Shown in pieces: positions 10,699 to 20,476 of a DNA stretch of 64,000 nucleotides. Both the position numbers and the translations under genes were made by a program. The notes below the pieces were generated by a model. That model saw only the letters and a list, made by a program, of their open reading frames with translations. It searched no databases and had not been told where the DNA came from. Source of the stretch: Promethearchaeia archaeon (lineage in GTDB: Archaea > Asgardarchaeota > Lokiarchaeia > Sigyniarchaeales > SOKP01); assembly GCA_029856045.1 (NCBI GenBank), contig JAHQWG010000028.1, forward strand, positions 320,730 to 384,729. Reading direction: 5' to 3'. Each line of letters begins with the position of its first letter. Position 1 is the stretch's first letter.

Positions 10699-10722
10699 TT
10701 ATAACAAAAAGTTTAAATATGT
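10699..10722 (+). promoter_or_regulatory. BRE-TATA-like promoter, copy 2 of the exact 24-bp inverted repeat
   Basis: TTATAACAAAAAGTTTAAATATGT upstream of the ORF at 10809. Confidence 0.55.
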
Positions 10723-10808
10723 AAAAGAAAATATTTTAGTACTAAATATTCGTTTCTTTTTGGTAAAAAAAAAGCTCAAGACAAAAAAAGAACTCAAAAA
10801 GTGATATA

Positions 10809-11003
10809 ATGAAAGTATTATTAAATAATTTGATATATTCTAAAAAAAATTTACTTATAAATACTCCGTTTAAAGAATCAAGCAATATAAAGCAAGATAA
10901 TTTTTATCTTGAACAATTTAGAGTAAAAGATATTTTTACTGAGATTGATTTCGCTCGTTTACAAAGATTAAGAAACAAAGCAAATAGGATTAAAAAGTTA
11001 TAA
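10809..11003 (+). CDS. Small basic hypothetical protein (64 aa)
   Basis: ATG ORF lying between a promoter-like box and a terminator-like hairpin. Confidence 0.5.
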   Translation: MKVLLNNLIYSKKNLLINTPFKESSNIKQDNFYLEQFRVKDIFTEIDFARLQRLRNKANRIKKL

Positions 11004-11056
11004 AGCAATTTGAGATAAAATTTAAAAAAAGCCAAATAGGGTAAATGGGGGAGAAC

Positions 11057-11092
11057 GGCTTCTCCTTATAGGGAGAAGCCACCTTTTTTTTT
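11057..11092 (+). terminator. GC hairpin plus U-tract
   Basis: GGCTTCTCCT-TATA-GGGAGAAGCC followed by a run of 9 T. Confidence 0.65.
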
Positions 11093-11305
11093 CCTTGTCA
11101 AGTAATAAATTAAATAGAATTTAAATCTAGTTATAAAAATAAATATAGTTAATAATAAGTTTATTAGTAAGTGTTTTTTAGGTTAAAAAATATCGAAAAA
11201 GTTAATAAAAATTTAATCTATTAAGAAGTATTAGATATAAGGAATTTTAAATTAACATTAAAAAACTATAATCAAATAAAAAAAAACAAAAGTAAGTGAA
11301 TTACT

Positions 11306-12076
11306 ATGGATTGGGGAATGAAAAATCGCTTATCACGGATAATTAACCCAAAATCTGGGCATTGTGTAATGTTAGCGGTTGATCACGGTTATTTTGGGAA
11401 TGTTCCGGGTGCTTTAAAACGTTTTGAAGATTTAAATATACTTTTTGAATACGCTGATGCTTTAATGTTAACACGTGGAATGCTTCGAAACTGTGTTCCT
11501 GCAGAAGTTAATAAACCAATAGTTCTGAGAGTTTCAGCTGGTGCAAGTATGCTTAAAGAACTCTCAAATGAAGAAATCAATGTTACGATAGATGATGCGA
11601 TTAGATTGAATGTATCTGCTATCACATGCTCGATTTTTATTGGTGGTGAATATGAGAAACAATCAATTATGAATCTTTCAAAATTAGTAAATTGGGGTCA
11701 AACTTATGGTATCCCGGTTCTAGCAGTTACTGCTGTTGGTAGAGAGATGGTAAGAGATGCAAGATATTTGAGTATGGCATCTCGAATGGCAGCTGAAATG
11801 GGTGCAACTTTCGTTAAGACTTATTATTGCGAAGATTTTGAAGAAGTTACTAGTATATGCCCGGCACCAGTTGTTATTGCAGGTGGTAAGAAAATTGAAG
11901 AACGTGATGCCTTACAGATGGCTAAAAATGCTATAGATAAAGGGGCAGTCGGCGTAGACATGGGAAGGAATATTTTTCAATCTGATAAACCTGTTGGAAT
12001 GATTAAAGCAGTAAGAGAAATTGTCCATAATAACGCTAGTGTAGATGATGCATTTGAAATTTACCAAAATGGGTAA
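11306..12076 (+). CDS. lsrF: LsrF-like thiolase / DhnA-type class I aldolase
   Basis: [44 protein letters not shown]. Confidence 0.85.
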   Translation: MDWGMKNRLSRIINPKSGHCVMLAVDHGYFGNVPGALKRFEDLNILFEYADALMLTRGMLRNCVPAEVNKPIVLRVSAGASMLKELSNEEINVTIDDAIRLNVSAITCSIFIGGEYEKQSIMNLSKLVNWGQTYGIPVLAVTAVGREMVRDARYLSMASRMAAEMGATFVKTYYCEDFEEVTSICPAPVVIAGGKKIEERDALQMAKNAIDKGAVGVDMGRNIFQSDKPVGMIKAVREIVHNNASVDDAFEIYQNG

Positions 12077-12138
12077 ATTAAAAATTTCCTTAATTTTTTT
12101 TTAATATATATTTATTATTTAATTGGGATTTTGGTCAA

Positions 12139-13089
12139 GTGACAAGATCTAAGATAGATAACATCAGAATTGACGAAATAGCGGATAAAGTTTTACTTAT
12201 TCATCAAATAAAAGCATCTGGACCTTTTACTAGATGTGATGGGTTGCTCATATTACCTAAAGAAGATCGTAATTCTAAAACCGTTGTTCTTGACTTAAAT
12301 GTAGAACCCAAATGCATTAAATCTATCAATGAAGTATATGGACCAGTCTCAGAATATGTGTGTAGTCATGGACATATGGATCATATCACCCATGTTTATA
12401 TGTGGGAGCGATTCGGTGCGAATATATATGGTTTTATTCCGGAAGCTAATTATTTGCTTAATCTATACAATCTTTTTGAAGGTTTTGGGTTCAATGAAGC
12501 TATGGACTTTTCAATAATAGAAAAATTTGCAGAACTTAATAAATATCATGAATGTAATAATGTTATTCCAATTAAACCTGGCTCTAAATTAAAATTTGAA
12601 AATTTTAAAATTGAAACTATTCCATTTCAGGGTCATTCATTAGCTAATGTGGGCTTTTACCTTCCCGTAGAAAGAATACTACATATCGGATGCCTTGGGT
12701 TTGACCTTTCTAAGCTAAATAGTGAAGGTTTTGGTCCGTGGTATGGTTTCAAACAATGTTCTATTCTACAATATCTAAAGGATATTGATTTCGCTGAATC
12801 TTTATATCTTAGAAAGGCTGATTTCTTGACTTCAAGCCACGGGTATGTTGTAAAAAATCCCGACAGAAGTCCATTTGACTATATGAGGAAAAAAATCGAA
12901 AGTAACAAGCTAAAGATTGATCAAGCTTTAAAATCCTTAAATCCACCATTAAAATCCGAAGAAGAAACTGTAAAAAAATTACTCAAAATGGATATTTTTT
13001 TTCCAAAAAGAAATATGAGTGGATTCATGCTAGAAATTTACACTTTTTGGGAATATTGGATAATTAAAAATCACATCCAGCTTATTTAA
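12139..13089 (+). CDS. MBL-fold metallo-hydrolase
   Basis: SHGHMDH, GHS, SSHG. Confidence 0.8.
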   Translation: MTRSKIDNIRIDEIADKVLLIHQIKASGPFTRCDGLLILPKEDRNSKTVVLDLNVEPKCIKSINEVYGPVSEYVCSHGHMDHITHVYMWERFGANIYGFIPEANYLLNLYNLFEGFGFNEAMDFSIIEKFAELNKYHECNNVIPIKPGSKLKFENFKIETIPFQGHSLANVGFYLPVERILHIGCLGFDLSKLNSEGFGPWYGFKQCSILQYLKDIDFAESLYLRKADFLTSSHGYVVKNPDRSPFDYMRKKIESNKLKIDQALKSLNPPLKSEEETVKKLLKMDIFFPKRNMSGFMLEIYTFWEYWIIKNHIQLI

Positions 13090-13147
13090 TTTATTATCAG
13101 ATAATAAGAAAGATATATTTAATTTGATCTTAACCTTTAGGATTAGG

Positions 13148-14116
13148 CTATTTCCCTTTATAATATGGCGATTTTCTAAGTATATGTTTTTTAGCAATTG
13201 GACGAATAATCAGAGGAAAAATTTGATTGAAAAATCTTGAGTTTTTAACTTTTTTCTTGACTTCTTTAAAATAATCATCAAGAGTGTATCTCTGATATTG
13301 AAGTAAATTTTGACTTTTTTCTGTATCCATAAATCCACAGTGAAAATCATCTTCACTAAAGGCCTCGGAAGGTAAAAAATTGGTTCCAAGACCAAACAAT
13401 TTAAACATTCTATTAAGATAATCCCTATAGATAATCCGACATTTTTGTCCTCCGGAGATATTCAATGTTTCACCCCAAATTTCATTATTTTCCACCGAAT
13501 TTGCAAGAGCAAGTCCAACATCTTTAGTATCGCAAATCTCAATACATGTATCTATTGGCATATCAAACATTATGGGGTCCATTTGAAGTTTATTAGGGGA
13601 GACAATATAAGTTAAGCGCAAAATAACCCATTTTAAATTAGAAGATCTGATGAGATCTTCACATTTTAGTTTTTGTTTGGCATATTCATCATCAATTGTG
13701 GGATTAGGAGGGTCGCTAGTCCTAATTAAAGGAGATTTACGGCGATCTCCATAAATTGCTATCGAAGATGTATAAACCAATCGAGGTTTTTGGGGTTGAA
13801 TTTCCATTGCCTTAATAATATTTGAGGTACCTCCAACATTAACTTCTTCGGCAAATTTTGGTTGTGCATCAGCAAGTGGAGGAATTATGGCAGCAACATG
13901 CAATACGACATCCATTCCTGAGACGGCTTTATTAACATCCTCACTATTCCGTAAATCCCCCCAAATTATTTCAACTTTTCCTTCATAATCTTTTGCTATC
14001 TTTTTATTTTTAGAATTCTCAATATCAAAAATTCTAATATTATAATTTTTTTTAGATAATTCCTTTATAGTGCTTAATCCGACATTTCCAAAAGCTCCTG
14101 TAAGAAGAACATTCAT
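13148..14116 (-). CDS. NAD-dependent epimerase/dehydratase (extended SDR)
   Basis: TGAFGNVG, TSSIAIYG, YAKQK. Confidence 0.85.
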   Translation of the reverse strand: MNVLLTGAFGNVGLSTIKELSKKNYNIRIFDIENSKNKKIAKDYEGKVEIIWGDLRNSEDVNKAVSGMDVVLHVAAIIPPLADAQPKFAEEVNVGGTSNIIKAMEIQPQKPRLVYTSSIAIYGDRRKSPLIRTSDPPNPTIDDEYAKQKLKCEDLIRSSNLKWVILRLTYIVSPNKLQMDPIMFDMPIDTCIEICDTKDVGLALANSVENNEIWGETLNISGGQKCRIIYRDYLNRMFKLFGLGTNFLPSEAFSEDDFHCGFMDTEKSQNLLQYQRYTLDDYFKEVKKKVKNSRFFNQIFPLIIRPIAKKHILRKSPYYKGK

Positions 14117-14228
14117 TTATTTCACTCTTTAATTAAAGAAAAAATTAATTTATCATAAAAATAATATTCAATTCGTATTAAAAGTTACAAAATTTACAAA
14201 TATTTGTGTTTAATTATTATTGACATTG

Positions 14229-15269
14229 TTAAGGTTCGAAAATAACCTTTAAAGATTCATTCGCTTCACAGACTACTTTAAAAGCATCTCCAGCTCTACT
14301 TAGTGGAAATCGGTGGGAAATTAAATCTACTACCTTTATTTTTTTAGATTTAATCCATTCAAATGCTTCATCAAGATCTTCAGGAGCAGCACCATAAGAA
14401 GTCATAATAACAACCTCATTCCTCCAGTAATCATTTATGGGGATTTCTATGTTTATACCTGGTTTTGGGACTGCAAAGTAAATAATAACCGTTCCAGGGC
14501 CTGCATATTCTATAGCCTGTTTTGCAGCAGATAATGCACCTGTACATACAATTATACAATCAGGAGGTCTGTTTTCGTTAAATTTTTTTACCTCTGCGAT
14601 TATATTTTTGCTTGCATGAAGAACTAATTCTGCTCCGAATTCTTTTGCCTTTTTTAATCGATATTCACTAATATCAGTTGTAATTATTTTTTCAACACCT
14701 TTTGCTTTTGCTAACTTAAGATGTAATAATCCAGAGACACCACTACCTAAAATTAATAGGGTTTGTCCTTTTCTAATATTTGCTAAACGCTGGGCTCGAC
14801 ATACGCATCCTAATGGTTCAATAAAAACGCCCTCATCATATGTCATATTCTCTGATAAAATATATACTCCTTTTTTTTCTAAATTTATTTTTGGAATTCT
14901 GATATATTCTGCAAAACCTCCAGGGTCATAATTTGTATTGTGCAATAAATGACAAGCGGTATGGTGGCCAAGTCGGCAGTAATGGCAATCGAAATCCGGT
15001 ACGTGATGGGATACAAAAACTCGATCCCCTAACTTATAATCTAAAACACTTTCACCTATTTCAATAATATCACCCGTCATCTCATGACCGAGAACTAGAC
15101 TATTGACTCCCAATTTTTTCATTTTAGCAAAACGATAATATTCTAAAATATCGCTTCCACAAATCCCGGATTTTTTTACTTTTATTAATAATTCTCCAGA
15201 ATTAATCTGAGGTTTTGGCATTTCTTCTAATCTAACATCATCATTATTATAATATTTTGCGACTTTCAT
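14229..15269 (-). CDS. Zn-dependent (polyol/threonine-type) dehydrogenase
   Basis: GICGSD, LGHE, CHYC...C, EPLGC, GSGVSG. Confidence 0.9.
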   Translation of the reverse strand: MKVAKYYNNDDVRLEEMPKPQINSGELLIKVKKSGICGSDILEYYRFAKMKKLGVNSLVLGHEMTGDIIEIGESVLDYKLGDRVFVSHHVPDFDCHYCRLGHHTACHLLHNTNYDPGGFAEYIRIPKINLEKKGVYILSENMTYDEGVFIEPLGCVCRAQRLANIRKGQTLLILGSGVSGLLHLKLAKAKGVEKIITTDISEYRLKKAKEFGAELVLHASKNIIAEVKKFNENRPPDCIIVCTGALSAAKQAIEYAGPGTVIIYFAVPKPGINIEIPINDYWRNEVVIMTSYGAAPEDLDEAFEWIKSKKIKVVDLISHRFPLSRAGDAFKVVCEANESLKVIFEP

Positions 15270-15389
15270 AATAAATCTCTAAATTTCATATTCATACAGA
15301 ACAAGTTGATCTAAATAGAAATAACTTTTCTTTAAATTTAACTACTTTTCTTCAACTTTTTTAAAGAATTAAATTAAATAATAATTATT

Positions 15390-15923
15390 ATGAATGCAAA
15401 AAATTCAGATCAAGCTGATATGAATAAGCTTTTTGATGAGAAAATTGAAGAATTAGAAAAGAATTTACGATTTGGTGAAGGTGATAAAAATTGTGCTGCT
15501 TGGACATTTACAAGTATCCTAGATGTATTAGGATTAGAGAATTTCTTTTTTAATAATCTGGCTATACCTCTTGCTGGTGGCTTTGGGGGATTTAAGAGTA
15601 TGCATGGATGGAAGGGACCTTGTGGTGCTGTGTGTGCTGGTTGTGCTGCAATCGGAATAATTATGGGTGGACAAAAACCGATAAAGTTTGGAGCCAAATC
15701 AAGAATATATTTAAGAGCAGCGAAATTTGTCCATTATTTCGAAAAAGAGTTTGGTTCTGTAATTTGCGAAGATCTTTGCGGAATAGATTTTAGCGACCCA
15801 ATCGGACTTCAAAAATTTTTAGATGTTGATATTTGGGGAAATACATGCTATAAATATATTATTAAAGCTGTTGATCTTGTAAGAAAAGTAACAGATAAAG
15901 AATTAACAAGAAAATGGGGTTGA
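15390..15923 (+). CDS. C-GCAxxG-C-C family putative redox protein
   Basis: NCA, GGFGG, CGAVCAG, GSVICEDL and a distal Cys. Confidence 0.8.
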   Translation: MNAKNSDQADMNKLFDEKIEELEKNLRFGEGDKNCAAWTFTSILDVLGLENFFFNNLAIPLAGGFGGFKSMHGWKGPCGAVCAGCAAIGIIMGGQKPIKFGAKSRIYLRAAKFVHYFEKEFGSVICEDLCGIDFSDPIGLQKFLDVDIWGNTCYKYIIKAVDLVRKVTDKELTRKWG

Positions 15924-15925
15924 TA

Positions 15926-16321
15926 TCATATCGATAGTAACTCTTCTTTAGATATTTCTTGTCGGTGTTTTTGATCTGCCCATAATTTACGATAGAAATA
16001 AAAATATTCGTATAAATCTGATTTGTCTGGTGAATAAATTAGAATTCCATCATTAATAACTTGAATTTTAATATATAATGGTAATTCAGAGAAAAATCGA
16101 ATGTCATATTTTTTCGAAACAACGTTTATATTTCTTAAAAATACTGATAATAATTCGTAATTTTCTTTTTTTGGAGCTACAATACAAATATCGATATCAC
16201 TTCTATTTGTCTCCCAATTATATATATAAGATCCGAATAATAATATCCCTAATATCTTTTTATTTGTAAATGCAAATGAAAAATCATTAATTATTTGATC
16301 TATAAGTTCTTTTGATACCAT
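15926..16321 (-). CDS. mntA: Minimal nucleotidyltransferase (MNT) antitoxin
   Basis: LFGSY...RSDIDICIV; overlaps the HEPN gene. Confidence 0.85.
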   Translation of the reverse strand: MVSKELIDQIINDFSFAFTNKKILGILLFGSYIYNWETNRSDIDICIVAPKKENYELLSVFLRNINVVSKKYDIRFFSELPLYIKIQVINDGILIYSPDKSDLYEYFYFYRKLWADQKHRQEISKEELLSI

Positions 16322-16737
16322 TTCCTAATAACTTCTTTATATTTTTCTATACCATCTAAATGAGACAAAATTCCTTTATATGCAATTTTATCAACAAGAC
16401 GATTATATTTATGTACAATTTTATTTCGCAGACCATGTGCTTCCTTTATAACAAGTGATAACTCTTTGGAAATAACTTGTTTCTTAACTAAAATATCAAT
16501 ATTTGTATAATCATCTTTTGGGATTAGATTTAAATCTTTTATGATCATTGCTGCTAAATCTGAAATTGCCTCTATTATAATTTGATAAGCATGATATATG
16601 GATAATTGATTTCTTATATTCAATTTGTTTAAAAAATCTTTTTCTTTAATATCTCTAGTCCATTCCTTAAGATAATTTAAGAATTCGTCTATTTGTTCTA
16701 ATTTTTCTCTATATCTTACTATTCTTTTCTTATCCAT
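16300..16737 (-). CDS. hepT: HEPN (DUF86) RNase toxin
   Basis: RNKIVHKY (RxxxxH plus Y). Confidence 0.85.
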   Translation of the reverse strand: MDKKRIVRYREKLEQIDEFLNYLKEWTRDIKEKDFLNKLNIRNQLSIYHAYQIIIEAISDLAAMIIKDLNLIPKDDYTNIDILVKKQVISKELSLVIKEAHGLRNKIVHKYNRLVDKIAYKGILSHLDGIEKYKEVIRKWYQKNL

Positions 16738-16784
16738 TCAAATATTATATATTATTTTCTTTTTTAATATTTATGCATTTGAGG

Positions 16785-18302
16785 TTAATTAATCGGCTTA
16801 TCTTTTTGCATTTCTTGATATTTTAAATACAATTTATACGCTTTTTCCCATTTTGAATCATTTTTTGGGTTAAATGATTTTATTTCGAATGAATTCCTAA
16901 CAATATAGCGTAATTGCTGAAGTGATTCTATTTGATCTGTCGCTACAGTCTGCATTAAAATATTTCCAATAGTTGTAGCTTCACTTGGTCCAGCATCTAC
17001 AGGAAGATTAGTAGCATTGGATGTAAATTGACATAAAAGTTTATTTTGTGAACCTCCACCAATAATATAAATTTTTTCGATCTTTTTATATGAAAATTCT
17101 TGTAATTGGTCGAGTATTTGACGATATCTAAAAGCTAATCCCTCAAAAATTATTCTAGAAATAGTACCTATTTCCGTAGGAACATCTTGATCTGTTCCTT
17201 TACAATAATTTTGGATTGTTTCAATTATATTCTTTGGATTTAAAAACATATTATTATCTGGAAAAATAAAACTAGTATATGGTTTTGCTCTTTTAGCTAA
17301 TTTTTCAATTTCACGATAAGAAATTTTTGTTCTATTTTGTTCTTCCCATATTCGTTTACATTCTTGAATTAACCATAATCCCATAATATTATTAAGAAAG
17401 CATATTTTTCCAAAAACCCCTCCTTCATTTGTGAAATTATATTTAAGAGCTTTTTGATTTATTATAGGTTGAGGTAATTCTAAACCCATTAAACTCCAAG
17501 TACCGGAGCTAATATAAGCCCAATTCTTAAATTCTTCTTCAAGTGGAACTGCTGCAATTGCCGCAGCAGTATCATGACAGAGAGTTGCAATAACGGGTGT
17601 ATTTTCATCTAAACAAGTTTTATTTGTTATAGAGTTATGAATTTTTCCAAGAATAGTTCCATGGTTTATAATACCGGGAAACCATTTAGGATTGAACCCT
17701 AACTTTTCTATTAAATCAAACGCCCATTCATTCTTAATTGGATTATATAACTGCGATGTTGTTGCTAATGTATATTCCGAGCCAATTTTTCCTGATAGTA
17801 AAAAGTTAAAATAATCTGCAATCATTAAAACTTTATTTATAATGGTGAGTTGTGGGGATTTGGATTTTACCATAGAAAATAATTGAGTAGAGCTATTAAT
17901 TGGCATGAATTGAATTCCAGTTTGATTAAAAATCTCTTCTTTTCGAACGACCTTAAACATTTCATCAACCATTCCATCAGTTCGCTTATCTCGATAATGA
18001 TGATTGAGCCCTACAAGCTCATTATTACAATCCAAAAGAACAAAATCAACTCCCCAACTATCGATTCCAACTCCATCAAAATTGGGTCCATACTTTTCTA
18101 CACACATCTTCAAACCATTTTTTATTTCTTCGAAGAGTCTTAAAGTATCCCAATATAATGAATCAAACACTTGAATAACACCATTGGAAAAACGGTATAT
18201 TTCATCTAATTTTAATAGTTTGTCTTCAAGAACTCCCACTATTACTCTTCCTGAACTGGCACCTAGATCTATTCCAATATATTTCTTCATTGGATTTTTC
18301 AT
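16785..18302 (-). CDS. rhaB: Rhamnulokinase-like FGGY carbohydrate kinase
   Basis: DLGASSGR, DSWGVDF, HDTA, SSGTWSLMG, FTNEGG, NIMGLWLIQEC, GGGSQN. Confidence 0.85.
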   Translation of the reverse strand: MKNPMKKYIGIDLGASSGRVIVGVLEDKLLKLDEIYRFSNGVIQVFDSLYWDTLRLFEEIKNGLKMCVEKYGPNFDGVGIDSWGVDFVLLDCNNELVGLNHHYRDKRTDGMVDEMFKVVRKEEIFNQTGIQFMPINSSTQLFSMVKSKSPQLTIINKVLMIADYFNFLLSGKIGSEYTLATTSQLYNPIKNEWAFDLIEKLGFNPKWFPGIINHGTILGKIHNSITNKTCLDENTPVIATLCHDTAAAIAAVPLEEEFKNWAYISSGTWSLMGLELPQPIINQKALKYNFTNEGGVFGKICFLNNIMGLWLIQECKRIWEEQNRTKISYREIEKLAKRAKPYTSFIFPDNNMFLNPKNIIETIQNYCKGTDQDVPTEIGTISRIIFEGLAFRYRQILDQLQEFSYKKIEKIYIIGGGSQNKLLCQFTSNATNLPVDAGPSEATTIGNILMQTVATDQIESLQQLRYIVRNSFEIKSFNPKNDSKWEKAYKLYLKYQEMQKDKPIN

Positions 18303-18357
18303 AAATTATAATTAAATAGCGAAATTTTTATAATTTTTCAAATATTTATTAAAAATT

Positions 18358-19032
18358 ATGGAAGATGATAAAGAAGACCAACTTAGAATAGAAGTTGTAA
18401 ATGGGGCGAAAGAGATCTTTTCTAAAGGCTTAGTGGAAGCAGGGGAAGGTAATGTAAGTATTCGAATTCCGAAAAAGGATGAACTCTTCATCACACCATC
18501 ATTTAATAAATATACAACCTTAGTGAAAGATGAAATAGTTCATATGAAATTTGATGGTGCGCCATTAAGTTCAGGAAAATTGCCCTCTACAGAATATCGG
18601 CTTCATGTAGCTATTTATGAAGCGCGTCCAAGAGCTAATTGCGTAATACACACTCATTCACCATATGCAACTATGCTTTCTGTTGTGCAAAAAAAAATCC
18701 CAGTAATTATGGAAGAACAAGTTGTATTTTTAGGTGGATCTATTGATATAGCGGAATTTGGTAAGGCACATACTGAAGAAATTGGAGAAAAAGCACTTGA
18801 AGTTATGGGTATAAAAAATGGTGTATTATTAGGCAATCATGGAGTTTTAGTATGTGCAAGATCTATGGGACATGTTGTTATATTAGCAGAATTAGTTGAA
18901 AAATTGGCAAGAATTTATTGGGGTGCACTTCAAATAGGAGACCCTATTTTAATTTCGAAAGAAGATTGTCAAAGATTTAAAAAGCACTTTGATTCTTTGT
19001 TTGCAACGTATGTAAAAAAAAGAAGGAGATAA
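18358..19032 (+). CDS. fucA: Class II aldolase/adducin (fuculose-1-P aldolase-like)
   Basis: GNVS, ITPS, PSTEYRLH, HTHSPYA, NHG. Confidence 0.8.
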   Translation: MEDDKEDQLRIEVVNGAKEIFSKGLVEAGEGNVSIRIPKKDELFITPSFNKYTTLVKDEIVHMKFDGAPLSSGKLPSTEYRLHVAIYEARPRANCVIHTHSPYATMLSVVQKKIPVIMEEQVVFLGGSIDIAEFGKAHTEEIGEKALEVMGIKNGVLLGNHGVLVCARSMGHVVILAELVEKLARIYWGALQIGDPILISKEDCQRFKKHFDSLFATYVKKRRR

Positions 19033-19097
19033 ACTATAAAATATCTAAAACTTTTTAAGATTTTAATAAAAAATAATTAAAAGAGCTAGAACAATCT

Positions 19098-19607
19098 TTG
19101 ACCGCAAATATAATTACAAAAGTAGTAGAAATAAATAATTGTAATGGAGATACATTTGTAAAAGCTATTTACAAAGAAAAATTTTGGGAAATTATTAGTC
19201 CCGTTACCAAAATTGAAGTAGAGTTCATTTCCCCCAATGTATTTCGGAGTGAGATAATTGATGAAGTTAAATTAACTGTAGGTAATCTTTTAAATATTCC
19301 AATAGAGATGACCGGTGAAATGGTTTTACTGGATAAGGGAGAAGTACCGGAAAAGGGAAGATTAATAGAATTTAATGTTCGAAATAATAAAGATGTTAAA
19401 AAATTAGAAGGACGCTTCAGAATCAAACAGATCTCAACAAATACTGTAAAAATTGGAGTATTCATTCAAATTCTTGAATTAAGTAGTGATTTTATCAATT
19501 TAATTGGGAAAAGTGCAGCGGAACTCATTTTAAGAACAAAAATTACCGGGATGTTGAGAAATTTAGAGAAATATTGCCAATCTAATAATCTTAAAGATCT
19601 TTTATAG
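19098..19607 (+). CDS. Hypothetical protein, possibly SRPBCC/START-like fold
   Basis: Beta-rich pattern with a long C-terminal helix; fold call is weak. Confidence 0.5.
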   Translation: MTANIITKVVEINNCNGDTFVKAIYKEKFWEIISPVTKIEVEFISPNVFRSEIIDEVKLTVGNLLNIPIEMTGEMVLLDKGEVPEKGRLIEFNVRNNKDVKKLEGRFRIKQISTNTVKIGVFIQILELSSDFINLIGKSAAELILRTKITGMLRNLEKYCQSNNLKDLL

Positions 19608-19732
19608 CGCATAAATCTCATAAAATTTACATTTCAATAAAATTTAGGTAAAGATAAATAAAAACTTATTAAAAAATAATAAATTCATATAAATTTAAGA
19701 TATTTCAATTTTAGAAATTCATGTGAAGTTTT

Positions 19733-20020
19733 ATGCCACAAAATAAAAAAAAAAGCACAAAAGAAAAACCAGTAGATATCACTGAAGAGACCAGAGAGTG
19801 CCCTATATGTGGAAAAATGTTAAAAAGACCATATTGGAAACATCTACAAAAAAAACATCCAAAAGAATACCATGAAAATAGAACTACGTGGATTCAGCTC
19901 TACAAAGATTACACAGCAATGGGGATGAGTATGGATATGAGTTTAAAAGTAATTAGTGAATTGTTTAATGTCTCAGAAAAGGAGATTAAATCACTTTTAA
20001 AGAAACAAAAAATATTATGA
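19733..20020 (+). CDS. Small C2H2-type zinc-finger protein with a helical/HTH-like C-terminus
   Basis: CPIC-x10-H-x4-H followed by VISELFNVSEKEIKSLL. Confidence 0.65.
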   Translation: MPQNKKKSTKEKPVDITEETRECPICGKMLKRPYWKHLQKKHPKEYHENRTTWIQLYKDYTAMGMSMDMSLKVISELFNVSEKEIKSLLKKQKIL

Positions 20021-20051
20021 AAAATAAATTTTTGTAATCAAATTTATTAAC

Positions 20052-20345
20052 TTAAAATTCCTCTTCTTCTTCCTCCTTTAACAAACCTGTTTGCTTCAAC
20101 AAATCCTCAACAGTTTCTTTTGTTTTCATAACTTGTTCGTTATCTTTCAAGTTCAAGTTATCTAAAACTGAATCGGTGAATTCCATAAACTTCTTAATCG
20201 ATTTACTAGATAAATCTTCAACTTTCTCTTGTGTTTCTTTTACAAAATCTCTTCCAGAATCACCAAAAACACTTCCAACAAAATCAACAAATGATTTATT
20301 TAATTTGTCAATGAAGGTTTCATCTTTTTCTTCTTCATAACTCAT
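20052..20345 (-). CDS. Small acidic helical hypothetical protein
   Basis: 97-aa ATG ORF with a poly-E tail. Confidence 0.65.
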   Translation of the reverse strand: MSYEEEKDETFIDKLNKSFVDFVGSVFGDSGRDFVKETQEKVEDLSSKSIKKFMEFTDSVLDNLNLKDNEQVMKTKETVEDLLKQTGLLKEEEEEEF

Positions 20346-20476
20346 AATATATTTACCTTATAAAAACGTATTTTAATTTATTTCATTTAATTGATTTTAT
20401 AAAAATTTAATCATATTAATAATAATTTCAAATAAAAAAAGATTTTTTACCTTCCTCGTTTATCTGAAGGCTTCCA

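Noticed and set aside
6775-10722. IS/transposon with terminal inverted repeats
   Set aside because: No transposase and no target-site duplication. Kept only as a promoter/inversion hypothesis.
15921-15923. Selenocysteine at the TGA of the C-GCAxxG-C-C protein
   Set aside because: All family cysteines are already encoded as Cys, the TGA abuts a convergent gene, and no SECIS-like structure was seen.
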